Origin: Psychrobacter cryohalolentis K5 | GTDB lineage: Bacteria; Pseudomonadota; Gammaproteobacteria; Pseudomonadales; Moraxellaceae | NCBI RefSeq assembly: GCF_000013905.1 | Contig: NC_007969.1 | Coordinates: 2,400,001 to 2,432,000, forward strand | DNA: 32,000 bases | Direction: 5' to 3' | Shown here: positions 1-9,910 of the stretch, piece after piece | Layout: the number at the start of each line of letters is the position of its first letter | Position numbering within the stretch: position 1 is the stretch's first letter | The notes under the pieces: model-generated | The model's database searches: none | The model's input: only the letters and a program-made list of their open reading frames with translations | What the model was told of the DNA's origin: nothing | Position numbers and translations under genes: made by a program

Positions 1-347
1 AACTCAAATTGGCGCTTATTTTGATCGTAGATACTCATGCCCAATATATCGGCAGGCAGCATATCATTGGTGAACTGCACACGGCTAAAGCTCAAGCCTA
101 ATAATTGGGCTAAACCTTGTGCCAAGGTCGTCTTACCCATACCCGGCAAGTCTTGTAGCAATAAATGACCACCTGCTAAAATACCACTAAGCGCAAGCTT
201 AACTACTTGCGATTTATCCAATACGATTTGATTCAATTGCGCCATTAACTGAGCAATTTTTTGCTGATTATGGCTATAATCAGCAGCACTAGGCACCGTT
301 TGAGGACGCGTTTCTGATATCAGCTGATGTTTCGATGAAAGGGGCAT
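1..347 (-). CDS. MoxR-family AAA+ ATPase, N-terminal part only (gene runs off the left edge)
   Basis: Open-ended ORF, absent from the ORF track, with ATG at 345-347 on the minus strand. Translation is MPLSSKHQLISETRPQ...VVKLALSGILAGGHLLLQDLPGMGKTTLAQGLAQLLGLSFSRVQFTNDMLPADILGMSIYDQ. It has a Walker A motif (GMGKT) followed by the MoxR/AAA_3-type FTxDxLPxDIxG segment. Confidence 0.8.
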   Translation of the reverse strand, partial: MPLSSKHQLISETRPQTVPSAADYSHNQQKIAQLMAQLNQIVLDKSQVVKLALSGILAGGHLLLQDLPGMGKTTLAQGLAQLLGLSFSRVQFTNDMLPADILGMSIYDQNKRQFE

Positions 348-412
348 ATTAGGGGCTGCGTTAAGGCGATTATGGGTTTAATTTGTGAGGAAAAAAAGGT
401 ATCAGGTAAGGG

Positions 413-868
413 TTATTTATCATTTTCAACACTTGGGGCAGCTGCGCGAAGGGTAGACAAGTAAGCGATCACATCAGCGCGCTCTTTAGAATCTGGCATC
501 GGGTCTGACAGCATTTTAGAATCTGGCATGGCTTTTTCAGCATCCGCAATATAAGTATCAAGCGTTTGAGCATCCCATACCCAACCCGAGGCTTTAAGTC
601 CTTCACTATAAGTATAATCTGCAAGTTCCGCTGCCGGCGCGCCATAAATATTCATCAGCTGCGGGCCTTTTTTATTGAGACCGGGGTTTAACTGATGACA
701 CTGACCACAAGCATCTTGATATATGAGTGCACCATTATCGGCATCGCCTTCAATATAAAGCGGTAGCGTAACAGTAGCACGGTAATCAGGCGGCGTTTTC
801 TCACAAGCACTTAGCAGCAAAGCGGCGACAAGCATACCGACCAGTTGATATTTATTGACTATAGACAT
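413..868 (-). CDS. c-type cytochrome (class I, monohaem), probable lipoprotein
   Basis: Single CxxCH haem-binding motif (CGQCH). The N-terminus carries a lipobox-like signal peptide (LVGMLVAALLLSAC). Candidate axial-Met region is KAMPDSKMLSDPMPDSK. Confidence 0.85.
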   Translation of the reverse strand: MSIVNKYQLVGMLVAALLLSACEKTPPDYRATVTLPLYIEGDADNGALIYQDACGQCHQLNPGLNKKGPQLMNIYGAPAAELADYTYSEGLKASGWVWDAQTLDTYIADAEKAMPDSKMLSDPMPDSKERADVIAYLSTLRAAAPSVENDK

Positions 869-1010
869 GGTGTCATCTTTAATTAATAGGTATTGATGTC
901 GATGAGTCTACATCAAACATCCTATAATGCAAAGGTTGATAGACATCGATAGCCGTCTGTAGACCATAAATACAGAGATCTATATAGTATTTATGAATAT
1001 AAAATAAGAC

Positions 1011-3104
1011 CTAACTCTCATTAGAGACTTTGATACTGTTACTCGGCATTTCTAAATAATTGCCTTGTAGGTAGCGTGCGCCGACACTCCATGCAACAGA
1101 CATGGTTGCAGCATCTTCAATATAAGGCATCAATACATCAACATTAATCTCATTGGTACGTACGATAATTGATTTGACCGTTTCTAAATTGTCAGCGGCA
1201 TCAATCCCTTCGACATAATTATGGGCTAAACGCACCATATTAGGATGAACAAAATTGGCAAGCTCCACAGATTTTATGGATGAGCCAAAATTATTGATGC
1301 TAAGCTTGCAGTTTACCTGACTGAGCGCGGTGAATTGAGATTTCGCTACTGTTAAGTAATCTGAGATGTCTTTTTCATTGAACTGCAGTGTCAACGCCCC
1401 AGCTTTACCACCGATGGCATTGATGAGCTGGCTTGCAACACTGGGCAGTTTTTTATCGATTAAGGACGCACTGGTTAGCTGTACCAGTAACCGCGCCTCT
1501 GGATGAGTTTTACGCACTTCATTGATTCTCTTACAGGCATTAATTAATACCCAGCGGTCTATTTTTTCTAATAATTGATGAGATTTTGCAACCGCCATAA
1601 ACTGTTCTGGCGTCAATACGGTATTCTCAGCATCTGCTAGCGGCAGCCGCAGGAATACTTCAAAGAAGTCACTACGGTCATTATTGATGTCATATATGGG
1701 CTGGAACAATAACTCAAAGCGATTATTGGTAATGGCATCAACCAGAGATTCTGCTAGCGCATGATCGTCACTATTGGCATGTTCACTTGCATCATATAAA
1801 TGATAGCGGCCGCCATGATTGGAGGTCTCAATCATGATTTGATTGATAGCATCCATAGCGCGCTCAAGCAACACTCTAGGCTCAGGCGTATTTTTTTCAA
1901 TTTTAACAATAGCAGTACTTGCTGTCGTATTGGTTGTGCGCTTATCCACTTCAATAAGCATCTTACTGATACTCATGCCAATCTGTTCAGCCAGCTTTTC
2001 AAGCGCAGCTGTCGTCTGATTTTCTACCAAAATAGTAAATGCTGTATCACTAAAGCGGCTGACATGACCATCGACTACCAGCTCATCTAAGGTATTAGCG
2101 ACTTGTTTCACCGTGCTATCAATACCTTGTAGACCTAAACTGCTTCTAATTTTTCCGACATTATCGAGTTGTACATACAAGAGTGCCGCCGTCATAGCGC
2201 CTTTTCTTGCCTGTTCATATGCTGCCGCCAGCTGCTCTTCAAAGCTGTGGCGATTATCAATGCCCGTCAAGCTGTCTTTACGCTCAGCTTCAGCCAAACG
2301 TTTGGCGACCTCAATGCTATTGCTATTATTTTGTTGAATAATAATCTGGGTGACCGGCTCACCATCTAGTGTCGCTATTGCCAATTGTAGTTTTGCTTCA
2401 AACGTACTGCCATCCTTACGTCTACTCTCAAAATTAAACTCAACGTCTTTACGGTTCCCTTTATCGAACTGACGCAAAAACTGTTTAACAGCTTTAACAT
2501 TATCACCGCCTGCGATCAAATCAATCACAGGTATACCGATAATATCGTTCATCGCCTCAAAACCAAATAACTGCAGATACGGATCATTGGCAAAGATATG
2601 AATCCCTTGATCAATGTATGCGACTGCACTTTTTGAGTTTTTAATCAATACGTTTGCGCGCTGTTCTGCCTCAGAGAGCACAGACTGCAATGTCTTAAGC
2701 TGTTGGCGACTGTGCAAGTTTTCGTGCAATAAGCGAATAGCCATGATGACTGCCATTTCTTGCTCTACATAGAGTGCCTTAACCATCGTACCATTCATGA
2801 TAGACGGTAAGCCTTCGTCATTGTGAGCGTTGGCTACCGTGTTTTTACTTATCAAACAAACCGATGGTAAGTCAATATCTTGCTCTTGAATGATAGCAAC
2901 CACGTCGGTAAAACTCATATCATACGCTTGACCAAAAACCAACACATCCCATGATTGACGCAATGATTTTAGCAACTCATCTTTATCGTCCAAAAAACCT
3001 AAATTCACGCTGTCATAGTATGAACCGAGCAAGTCTACAAGGCGCTCAGCATAAAGCTGATCAGCATCGATAACCAATAAGTTCAAGAGAGACTGAGTAC
3101 GCAT
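1011..3104 (-). CDS. FimX-like signalling protein: receiver-like domain, PAS, degenerate GGDEF, degenerate EAL
   Basis: 697 aa. REC-like N-terminus (LLVIDAD...WDVLVFGQ). PAS segment (SAVAYIDQGIHIFANDPYLQLFGFE...). The GGDEF domain starts DSLTGIDNRHSFEEQL, but its signature reads RFSDTAF. The EAL domain starts FELLFQPIYD with signature EVF(LRL). DDFG is replaced by NNFG and EGVE by PYIE, while the QG of the last motif is kept. Confidence 0.85.
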   Translation of the reverse strand: MRTQSLLNLLVIDADQLYAERLVDLLGSYYDSVNLGFLDDKDELLKSLRQSWDVLVFGQAYDMSFTDVVAIIQEQDIDLPSVCLISKNTVANAHNDEGLPSIMNGTMVKALYVEQEMAVIMAIRLLHENLHSRQQLKTLQSVLSEAEQRANVLIKNSKSAVAYIDQGIHIFANDPYLQLFGFEAMNDIIGIPVIDLIAGGDNVKAVKQFLRQFDKGNRKDVEFNFESRRKDGSTFEAKLQLAIATLDGEPVTQIIIQQNNSNSIEVAKRLAEAERKDSLTGIDNRHSFEEQLAAAYEQARKGAMTAALLYVQLDNVGKIRSSLGLQGIDSTVKQVANTLDELVVDGHVSRFSDTAFTILVENQTTAALEKLAEQIGMSISKMLIEVDKRTTNTTASTAIVKIEKNTPEPRVLLERAMDAINQIMIETSNHGGRYHLYDASEHANSDDHALAESLVDAITNNRFELLFQPIYDINNDRSDFFEVFLRLPLADAENTVLTPEQFMAVAKSHQLLEKIDRWVLINACKRINEVRKTHPEARLLVQLTSASLIDKKLPSVASQLINAIGGKAGALTLQFNEKDISDYLTVAKSQFTALSQVNCKLSINNFGSSIKSVELANFVHPNMVRLAHNYVEGIDAADNLETVKSIIVRTNEINVDVLMPYIEDAATMSVAWSVGARYLQGNYLEMPSNSIKVSNES

Positions 3105-3341
3105 AGAAAGCCTTTTTAATCTTAAAAAATAATATGAATCGCCGCTGAGCTGTCGTCAAATATATAAAAGATAGCAGAATATTAAGAAACAGCGTCGTAG
3201 TTATTGTTGTCATTATAAACAATAATTTAGCCGACTGTTGCTTAACTTATCATGGTAATTGTTAAATAATTCGACACAGCAATTTTATATGACACGACTA
3301 ACTAGGTCTTTAGAGGCCGGCTTTTATGTAGATTAACGTCA

Positions 3342-5054
3342 TTAACCCTGCACCCCTTCATATTGGCTAAATTCATCAGTCACCATTAGACTACGACCCA
3401 AGCGCAAAGATTTCTGTTGGTCATTAATACGCATGATAACCTTATCATCTGTTTGAAAATGAGAGGTCGGCAATAATAGACTATAAGACGTTTGTAGGTG
3501 TTCATCAGCTCCGATGACAAACGCTGGCACAAAATGCTGACTGCGATTCTGTCTATCTTGTAGACAAATTCCACAGGCGATTATCTTATGACCAAGGATT
3601 TGCCATTCAAGCTCGAGTTTTGCGCTATCCAAATTAAGCCAACGCACCACTCCCATGGACCATTTAGACGCGGTAGCCTTATCTTTGCGACATAGTAAAA
3701 AAAGGCTCATTATTTGTAAAGGTGGTGCGATGGAAGTGAGATCATCAATTTTATCAATTGTCTCAGATGAATCTAGAAACAAGCGTAGGGTACGAAAGTG
3801 TGACAACTGATTATTACCCTCAAATATTTCCGCTAATGATTCTTTATGGGCAGCATTATTTTTTGGTAAGGTATCATAACGCGGCTGCTGATACTCGGGC
3901 AGATTTTTAGATGCTATTAAACTGCTGAAAGCTTCACCGTTACTGATACGGTAATGTATTTCATTAAAACCCGATATTATCGTCGCCGTCTGCTTTGTAT
4001 TATGATCAATAGGAGGCATGCGCTTTGGTTGAATATAACGATATCTTATCGCCATTGAAACGGTATTAATCAAAAAATATTCAACCCCTCTTCGATCAGT
4101 ATCGATTAAGGTTTTCATACGCGATTGTAAATACGTCACTAAAGGTTCAAGCTCTATAAATAAGCAGGTGTGATGAGCATCATATGGGTTGATAGTAGAT
4201 AATGCAGTTAAATAAGTAGGCGGCTCTTTACTCTGTAGATTGACGAACACTCGCGTTGCTGTGCGCGGCTCTATGGTAGCAACTATATGTGCACTCCACG
4301 CTGGCAGCAGACGCTGTAGCAGTAAGATATGAGGTCGACGCAGTGCACGTACATTTAGCAACTCATGCAAGCATATTTGGCAATATAAATGATGGATAGT
4401 ATCACCTTGCTGCGCTGGAATGTAAGCAATCAGTACGATATGTGAGGCTCGCTGCTGGCATGCGTTAAGATATAAGTTATTTACATTGGCCCATATATAG
4501 GCTGGCGACTTTTGATAGCAAAAGCCATCTTCAAATAGCAGTTTTTGATACATCAGTAGCGTTTGGTAAGTGGCAATCGCCAAGGTAACAGGAGATGATT
4601 TTTCACTGGTAAAATAGCGCTGCAACAGATTACTTGAAGGTGCTTGCTGCTTATCCTTTGAAAGGGTAGTTTCGCGGCGTATCACGCCGTCATAGGTCAT
4701 AATCAATGAATAGTACAGCGACTTAACCCGAGCAACATAGCCAAGCTGAGCTTCATTGAGCGCCCCTGTCTCATAAATGTACGGTTGGCGTAGCGCCGCA
4801 ATTAGCTGACTGGCGGCATTAGTGACAATCTTAATCAATCTTAAACGCTGCCTATCATCAGTAGGAATCAGACGCAATTCTGTTAATACTTTTTCTATTT
4901 GTTCGACTTGCTGGGCCTCTGTTTGCGCTGGCAATAGTGCCGCCCATTTATGCAAGTGAGGCTCATTGCTACTCTTAGACTTATTGCAAGCTTCTAACAA
5001 AGGGGGTTCAGCCGCTAAATACGTTTGAAACGTCGATAAATTTACCATTACCAT
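3342..5054 (-). CDS. hypothetical protein, 570 aa, no motif recognised
   Basis: Long uninterrupted ORF on the same strand as its neighbours, with codon usage resembling flanking genes. I see no signal peptide, TM segment or catalytic motif. A nested 62-aa ORF (3386-3574) is ignored. Confidence 0.7.
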   Translation of the reverse strand: MVMVNLSTFQTYLAAEPPLLEACNKSKSSNEPHLHKWAALLPAQTEAQQVEQIEKVLTELRLIPTDDRQRLRLIKIVTNAASQLIAALRQPYIYETGALNEAQLGYVARVKSLYYSLIMTYDGVIRRETTLSKDKQQAPSSNLLQRYFTSEKSSPVTLAIATYQTLLMYQKLLFEDGFCYQKSPAYIWANVNNLYLNACQQRASHIVLIAYIPAQQGDTIHHLYCQICLHELLNVRALRRPHILLLQRLLPAWSAHIVATIEPRTATRVFVNLQSKEPPTYLTALSTINPYDAHHTCLFIELEPLVTYLQSRMKTLIDTDRRGVEYFLINTVSMAIRYRYIQPKRMPPIDHNTKQTATIISGFNEIHYRISNGEAFSSLIASKNLPEYQQPRYDTLPKNNAAHKESLAEIFEGNNQLSHFRTLRLFLDSSETIDKIDDLTSIAPPLQIMSLFLLCRKDKATASKWSMGVVRWLNLDSAKLELEWQILGHKIIACGICLQDRQNRSQHFVPAFVIGADEHLQTSYSLLLPTSHFQTDDKVIMRINDQQKSLRLGRSLMVTDEFSQYEGVQG

Positions 5055-5223
5055 CCTTAGTAATTGCGTAAGTTATCCATGAGTGTAGAAGGATATATTC
5101 TTAAAAAAGAATATTGCTATCATACCTAACCATTCTTCTATATATGTTGCTTATTTATAATTTTCTCAAATCTATTTCTTGTTATGTATTTACCAAAATA
5201 AAAACCCTATCATAGTGCACAAT

Positions 5224-6231
5224 TTACTTATTATTGTAAACATTAATTGGTACTTTGAAAGGTTCGTTTGGCAATTCTCTGACCAGTTTGGGTACTAGGT
5301 AGCCCGGTAATTTAGCCAATAGCGACCAATAAAGCTCAATGGCAAATTCCTCATCACTGTCAAAATGAGCCGCGCCCGCCACTTTATCTAGTACATGTAG
5401 ATAATAGGGCAACACGCCCGCTGCAAATAAACGCTGACTCAATGCCGTTTGCGCACTAACGCTGTCATTGATACCTTTTAAAAGTACCGCTTGATTTAAT
5501 AAAGTAATTCCTGCGGCACGAGCGCGCTGCAAATACTCTGCTGTCAACGCATCAATCTCATTGGCATGATTACCATGAATGACCATGACGATTTGACAGC
5601 GGCTTTGTGCCAAACGCTCTAATAGCGCATCATCAAGCCTTGCTGGAATCACGAGCGGCAGACGGGTATGTATACGAATGGTTGTCAGTTGCCCAATCGC
5701 CTCCAAAGTATCTAGCCAAGCAAATAGACGTCTATTGGTCACATTTAATGGATCACCGCCACTTAAGATAACTTCATTAATCTCAGGATGGGCGCTGATA
5801 TAATCGATAATATCCTGTTTTGCACTGGCAGTTGGCATATTGGCACTATAGTCAAAATGCTGACGAAAGCAGTAACGACAATGAATCGCGCAAGCACCAG
5901 TAATGGTTAATAGCAGTCTTGATTGATATTTATGCAGCACGCCTTTAACAGGATTATGCGCATTTTCGGCTAGTGGGTCAGCCACATAGCCCGCCACTGC
6001 CATTTGCTCTTTATGATTGGGTAAGACCTGTCTTAACAAAGGATCATCACGATCACCAACGGTCATTTTTGCCACAAAGGCACGCGGTACTCGCAGCTCA
6101 AAATGCTTAGGCACGTAGACCTCTGAGCGCAGAGATTGTAGCTCTAATATCTCAAGCAGCTCATCAATAGAGGTAATGGCTTCGGATAATTGCGTTTGCC
6201 AGTTTTTTTGTGTGATTAAATGGTTTATCAT
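5224..6231 (-). CDS. epmB: EF-P beta-lysylation protein EpmB (lysine 2,3-aminomutase-like radical SAM enzyme)
   Basis: Radical-SAM CxxxCxxC motif (CAIHCRYCFR). KamA-family segments LSGGDPL and IRIHTRLP are present. The gene lies divergent to efp, as yjeK does in E. coli. Confidence 0.9.
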   Translation of the reverse strand: MINHLITQKNWQTQLSEAITSIDELLEILELQSLRSEVYVPKHFELRVPRAFVAKMTVGDRDDPLLRQVLPNHKEQMAVAGYVADPLAENAHNPVKGVLHKYQSRLLLTITGACAIHCRYCFRQHFDYSANMPTASAKQDIIDYISAHPEINEVILSGGDPLNVTNRRLFAWLDTLEAIGQLTTIRIHTRLPLVIPARLDDALLERLAQSRCQIVMVIHGNHANEIDALTAEYLQRARAAGITLLNQAVLLKGINDSVSAQTALSQRLFAAGVLPYYLHVLDKVAGAAHFDSDEEFAIELYWSLLAKLPGYLVPKLVRELPNEPFKVPINVYNNK

Positions 6232-6424
6232 GACAACCTAATACCTGTGCCCAAAAGCCGATATTATACGCTGTTAGGGCGTCGCCTATCAAAGCAAACG
6301 TCCTATCGTTTATGTACTAGAATGGCTCATATCTTTTAGCACGGTAAATCTGGTACTCCATTTTCACTAAAAATATTTACCATCCTTTTTTTCAACCCTT
6401 TTTCTAAACCCTTAGGAGTCTTCC

Positions 6425-6997
6425 GTGGCAAGTTTTTCTACCAATGAATTTAAATCTGGTCTCAAAGTCATGCTCGATGGCAACCCTTGTGCCATTCTTG
6501 AAAACGAGTTTGTCAAACCAGGTAAAGGACAGGCCTTTAACCGTGTTAAATTGCGCAATCTTCGTAGTGGTAAAGTATTGGAACAAACCTTTAAGTCAGG
6601 CGATAGCTTAGAAGCTGCTGATGTCATGGACACTGAAATGAACTATCTCTATAACGATGGTGAATTTTGGCATTTCATGCATCCTGAGAGTTTTGAGCAG
6701 ATTCAAGCGGACAAAACAGCGATGAGCGATTCAATAAAGTGGTTAAAAGAAAACAGCAATGCACTATGTACCATCACTTTATTCAACGGTGCTCCTCTTT
6801 CAGTAACACCGCCAAACTTCGTTGAATTGCAAATCACTGAAACCGATCCGGGTGTACGTGGTGATACCTCAGGCGGCGGCGGCAAGCCTGCAACGTTAGA
6901 GACTGGCGCTGTGGTACGTGTACCATTATTTGTGCAGCAAGGTGAAGTAGTACGTGTAGATACTCGTACTGGCGATTATCAAACGCGCGTTAGCTAA
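6425..6997 (+). CDS. efp: translation elongation factor P
   Basis: GTG start preceded by AGGAG at 6414-6418. 190 aa beginning [15 protein letters not shown]...[18 protein letters not shown], with the modifiable Lys in the KPGKGQA loop. Confidence 0.97.
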   Translation: MASFSTNEFKSGLKVMLDGNPCAILENEFVKPGKGQAFNRVKLRNLRSGKVLEQTFKSGDSLEAADVMDTEMNYLYNDGEFWHFMHPESFEQIQADKTAMSDSIKWLKENSNALCTITLFNGAPLSVTPPNFVELQITETDPGVRGDTSGGGGKPATLETGAVVRVPLFVQQGEVVRVDTRTGDYQTRVS

Positions 6998-7034
6998 AGC
7001 TATTAATAGATAGCTCTAGTCTGTCTGTAAGAAC

Positions 7035-7075
7035 AAAAAAGCTTAACCGCTCAGAGAGAGAGGTTAAGCTTTTTT
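7035..7075. terminator. bidirectional Rho-independent terminator between the convergent efp and sensor kinase genes
   Basis: AAAAAAGCTTAACC (7035-7048), 13-nt loop, GGTTAAGCTTTTTT (7062-7075). A/T runs flank the stem on both sides. Confidence 0.75.
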
Positions 7076-7126
7076 AATGGCTAGCAAATAAGTCATGAAT
7101 AATAAAGGGTGGAATTAAACTGCCAA

Positions 7127-8938
7127 TTATTGTTCTAATGATTGCTTATGCATCAACCAATATTGCACCAACGCATTCAGCTGCTCTTGTTTGAAAGGCT
7201 TTGTACAATAATCCTGCATACCCACATCAAGGTATTTTTTACGCTCGCCATCCATTGCATTGGCAGTCAACGCAATAATAGGCGGCAAGTCTTGAGGAGC
7301 ATACAGCTCGTGAAGTTTGATGGTTGCCTGTACCCCATCCATAATCGGCATATGATGATCCATCAAAATCACATCATAACGCTCAGGATATAAAGCAAAT
7401 ATCTCGATAGCTTGTTGCCCGTCATTGACGTGAGTGACCGTATGACCACCATTATTAAGGGCTTTTTTGGCAATCATCGCGTTCACACTGTCATCCTCAA
7501 CCAACAGAATATGACCGACCAGCTCATCACTCGGCAACGTTATTGTAAAGTCATTGTCCGTTTGCCATATCTCATAATCTTCTGCAGCAATACACGGTAG
7601 CGGCAATAATACTCTAAAGGTTGTGCCAATACCGACTACGCTATCTACTTCAATATAGCCACCCATTAGCTCCACTAGAGACTTACAAACAGACAAGCCA
7701 AGTCCGGTACCACCATAAAGCCTATGAGTATATTTATTTGCTTGATCATAAGCATCAAATATCGCCTCTAATGATTCAGACTTAATACCGACGCCTGTAT
7801 CCGTAACCTCAATACATAAAGTCATTTCTTGATGAATCGTTGTGCTATTTTTATCATCAATAGCAAAATCTAAACGACTATCATTATTTCCTTTAGCGTG
7901 ATCGCAATCCTTATTATCTAGACAAGGATTGTCTTGCATATGTTTAACATCAATCGTTACACGCCCGCCTTCACGGGTAAATTTAATCGCATTATTGACC
8001 AAATTTACCATGACCTGCTTAAGACGTACGGGATCCCCTTTAACATAAGGCGATAGTGACTCGGTATAGTGATAGTCTAAAACTAAGCCACGTTGGCGAG
8101 CTTTGATAGCAAATAAGCTAACGACCTCATTACAGAGACTAGATAGATTCATCGGGATAGAATCGATAGTCATTTTACCGGCTTCGACTTTTGATAAGTC
8201 TAAAATACCATTGATAATCGCGAGCAAATGCTCATTTGATACTTTTATATTCTCGATATATTCTCTTTGTTCAACGCTCAGCATGGTGTCACTGAGCATC
8301 TCAACCATACCGATGATACCATTCATCGGTGTGCGTATCTCATGACTCATATTGGCCAAAAACGCTGACTTCATCTCATTGGCATATTTGGCATTACGCT
8401 GCTGCTCTTGTAGCTTTAAAGCGTCGGCTGCCATCGTCGCAAATTGGGCTAGTATGTTGGCTTTTTCATCACTGAAATCATGATGAGGCTCTATATCCAT
8501 TAAACATAAAGAGCCAAAACGATAATTTTTACCGTCTTCATGCGTGATGATGGGTGCACCAGCATAAAAGCGTATCTTAGGCCATTGAGCGACAAATGGA
8601 TATGTATTGAAGCGCTCATCGCTTGCCAAATCAGCTACCACAAAAATACTATCAGACAATATAGTATAATTACAAATAGCCACATTACGTGTCGTGGTAC
8701 ATACCTCGTCAAAACCAATACCAGATTTTAGGTACTGAGTTTCCTCATCTATAAAAGTAATCGCAACCATCGGCACATTAAAAAACAGTTTCGCAAGCTC
8801 AGTCAGACGTGCAAAAGAAGACTCTTGATTGGTATTAAATACCTGATATTTTTTGAGCCTATTGATACGCTCAGCGTCATCTTCTGCGATAGGGTAATCA
8901 AAGTCTGGTACGTTGGATATAGACAAGGTGGACTCCAT
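7127..8938 (-). CDS. cytoplasmic hybrid sensor histidine kinase (GAF-HisKA-HATPase_c-REC)
   Basis: GAF-like N-terminal domain ([28 protein letters not shown]...). H-box [19 protein letters not shown]-box and G-boxes ([26 protein letters not shown]). C-terminal receiver ([10 protein letters not shown]...[12 protein letters not shown]...ALTANAM...KPF). No TM segments. Confidence 0.9.
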   Translation of the reverse strand: MESTLSISNVPDFDYPIAEDDAERINRLKKYQVFNTNQESSFARLTELAKLFFNVPMVAITFIDEETQYLKSGIGFDEVCTTTRNVAICNYTILSDSIFVVADLASDERFNTYPFVAQWPKIRFYAGAPIITHEDGKNYRFGSLCLMDIEPHHDFSDEKANILAQFATMAADALKLQEQQRNAKYANEMKSAFLANMSHEIRTPMNGIIGMVEMLSDTMLSVEQREYIENIKVSNEHLLAIINGILDLSKVEAGKMTIDSIPMNLSSLCNEVVSLFAIKARQRGLVLDYHYTESLSPYVKGDPVRLKQVMVNLVNNAIKFTREGGRVTIDVKHMQDNPCLDNKDCDHAKGNNDSRLDFAIDDKNSTTIHQEMTLCIEVTDTGVGIKSESLEAIFDAYDQANKYTHRLYGGTGLGLSVCKSLVELMGGYIEVDSVVGIGTTFRVLLPLPCIAAEDYEIWQTDNDFTITLPSDELVGHILLVEDDSVNAMIAKKALNNGGHTVTHVNDGQQAIEIFALYPERYDVILMDHHMPIMDGVQATIKLHELYAPQDLPPIIALTANAMDGERKKYLDVGMQDYCTKPFKQEQLNALVQYWLMHKQSLEQ

Positions 8939-8947
8939 AAATTCATA

Positions 8948-9838
8948 TCAGAGGCTTGGTTTAACAGCCGCCTGCTTAAGCAATAATTGTAATGCCTCAC
9001 TCACCATAAGCATGGCAACTACTGAGGTGACGACGACCGCCGAACCATAACCACCACAGTGCAAACCACCTGTTTGACAGCTCTTGTCTACGCGCGGTGG
9101 TTCTGTCGAATAAACACACTTGATACCAAATTTCTCTTTTAGGGCACTATTAATGCCCTTTTCATGGCGCAATTTATTACGTAATTTGGCCAATAATGGA
9201 TCTTGATAGGTGTCTCGTAAATCGCCGACTCTGATCTGACTGGGGTCTATTTTACCACCTGCCCCGCCAGCACAGACCAATTTTAGTTTGTTAAAGCGGC
9301 AATGCAAAGCAATGGCAAGCTTGGCATCCATATCATCGATACAGTCTAAAATCACAATCGGAGCGGTTTGTGCCGCCGTTTTTGCTTCTTCACGACTGGG
9401 CAGCAATGTTGCGACATTTTCAGCGGTCAAAAAATCATCAACCAAATGCAACGTGGCTTTTGGATTGATTTCACGAATACGTGCTGCCATCGCCTCAATT
9501 TTACTTTGCCCAAAGGTACTATCTAAAGAGGGCAGCTGCCGATTGACATTGGATGCTACCAATATATCTAAATCAATTAATGTAATAGTACCAACAGCCG
9601 TACGCGCCAAAGCCTCTGCTGCCCAGGAACCGACACCGCCTACCCCAATAACATAAACATGCGCAGCAGAAAATGTATCTACCGCAGCATTACCATACAG
9701 TGTCTGAGTACCTTTAAAACGGCGCTCATACTGCTCCGCATCTCTATCAGGTGTCTCTAATATTTCAGATACAAACATTTGCTCTTCGATAGGCTCTGGC
9801 TGGATAATATCTGACTGCATCTGTGTGTCTTCATTCAT
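8948..9838 (-). CDS. tcdA: tRNA cyclic N6-threonylcarbamoyladenosine(37) synthase TcdA (ThiF/E1-like)
   Basis: ThiF-type nucleotide-binding motif VIGVGGVGSWAAEALARTAVGTITLIDLDILVASNVNRQ. Length and hydrophobic C-terminal tail are typical of TcdA/CsdL. An N-terminal extension of about 30 aa makes the exact start uncertain. Confidence 0.85.
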   Translation of the reverse strand: MNEDTQMQSDIIQPEPIEEQMFVSEILETPDRDAEQYERRFKGTQTLYGNAAVDTFSAAHVYVIGVGGVGSWAAEALARTAVGTITLIDLDILVASNVNRQLPSLDSTFGQSKIEAMAARIREINPKATLHLVDDFLTAENVATLLPSREEAKTAAQTAPIVILDCIDDMDAKLAIALHCRFNKLKLVCAGGAGGKIDPSQIRVGDLRDTYQDPLLAKLRNKLRHEKGINSALKEKFGIKCVYSTEPPRVDKSCQTGGLHCGGYGSAVVVTSVVAMLMVSEALQLLLKQAAVKPSL

Positions 9839-9910
9839 AACGATGTAGAAACTCTTTTAAAAATTTTATTGTTAAACCATCTATATATTGATTAGTATGT
9901 GCTAAAAACT

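Noticed and set aside
1800-2369. Three plus-strand ORFs (96, 74 and 66 aa) inside the FimX-like gene.
   Set aside because: They are antisense to a 697-aa ORF with clear domain motifs. They have no RBS and their composition is implausible.
5095-5114. ATATTCTT-AAAA-AAGAATAT hairpin downstream of epmB, considered as a possible terminator.
   Set aside because: The stem is A/T-only and there is no trailing T run on the transcribed (minus) strand. The evidence is too weak to call.
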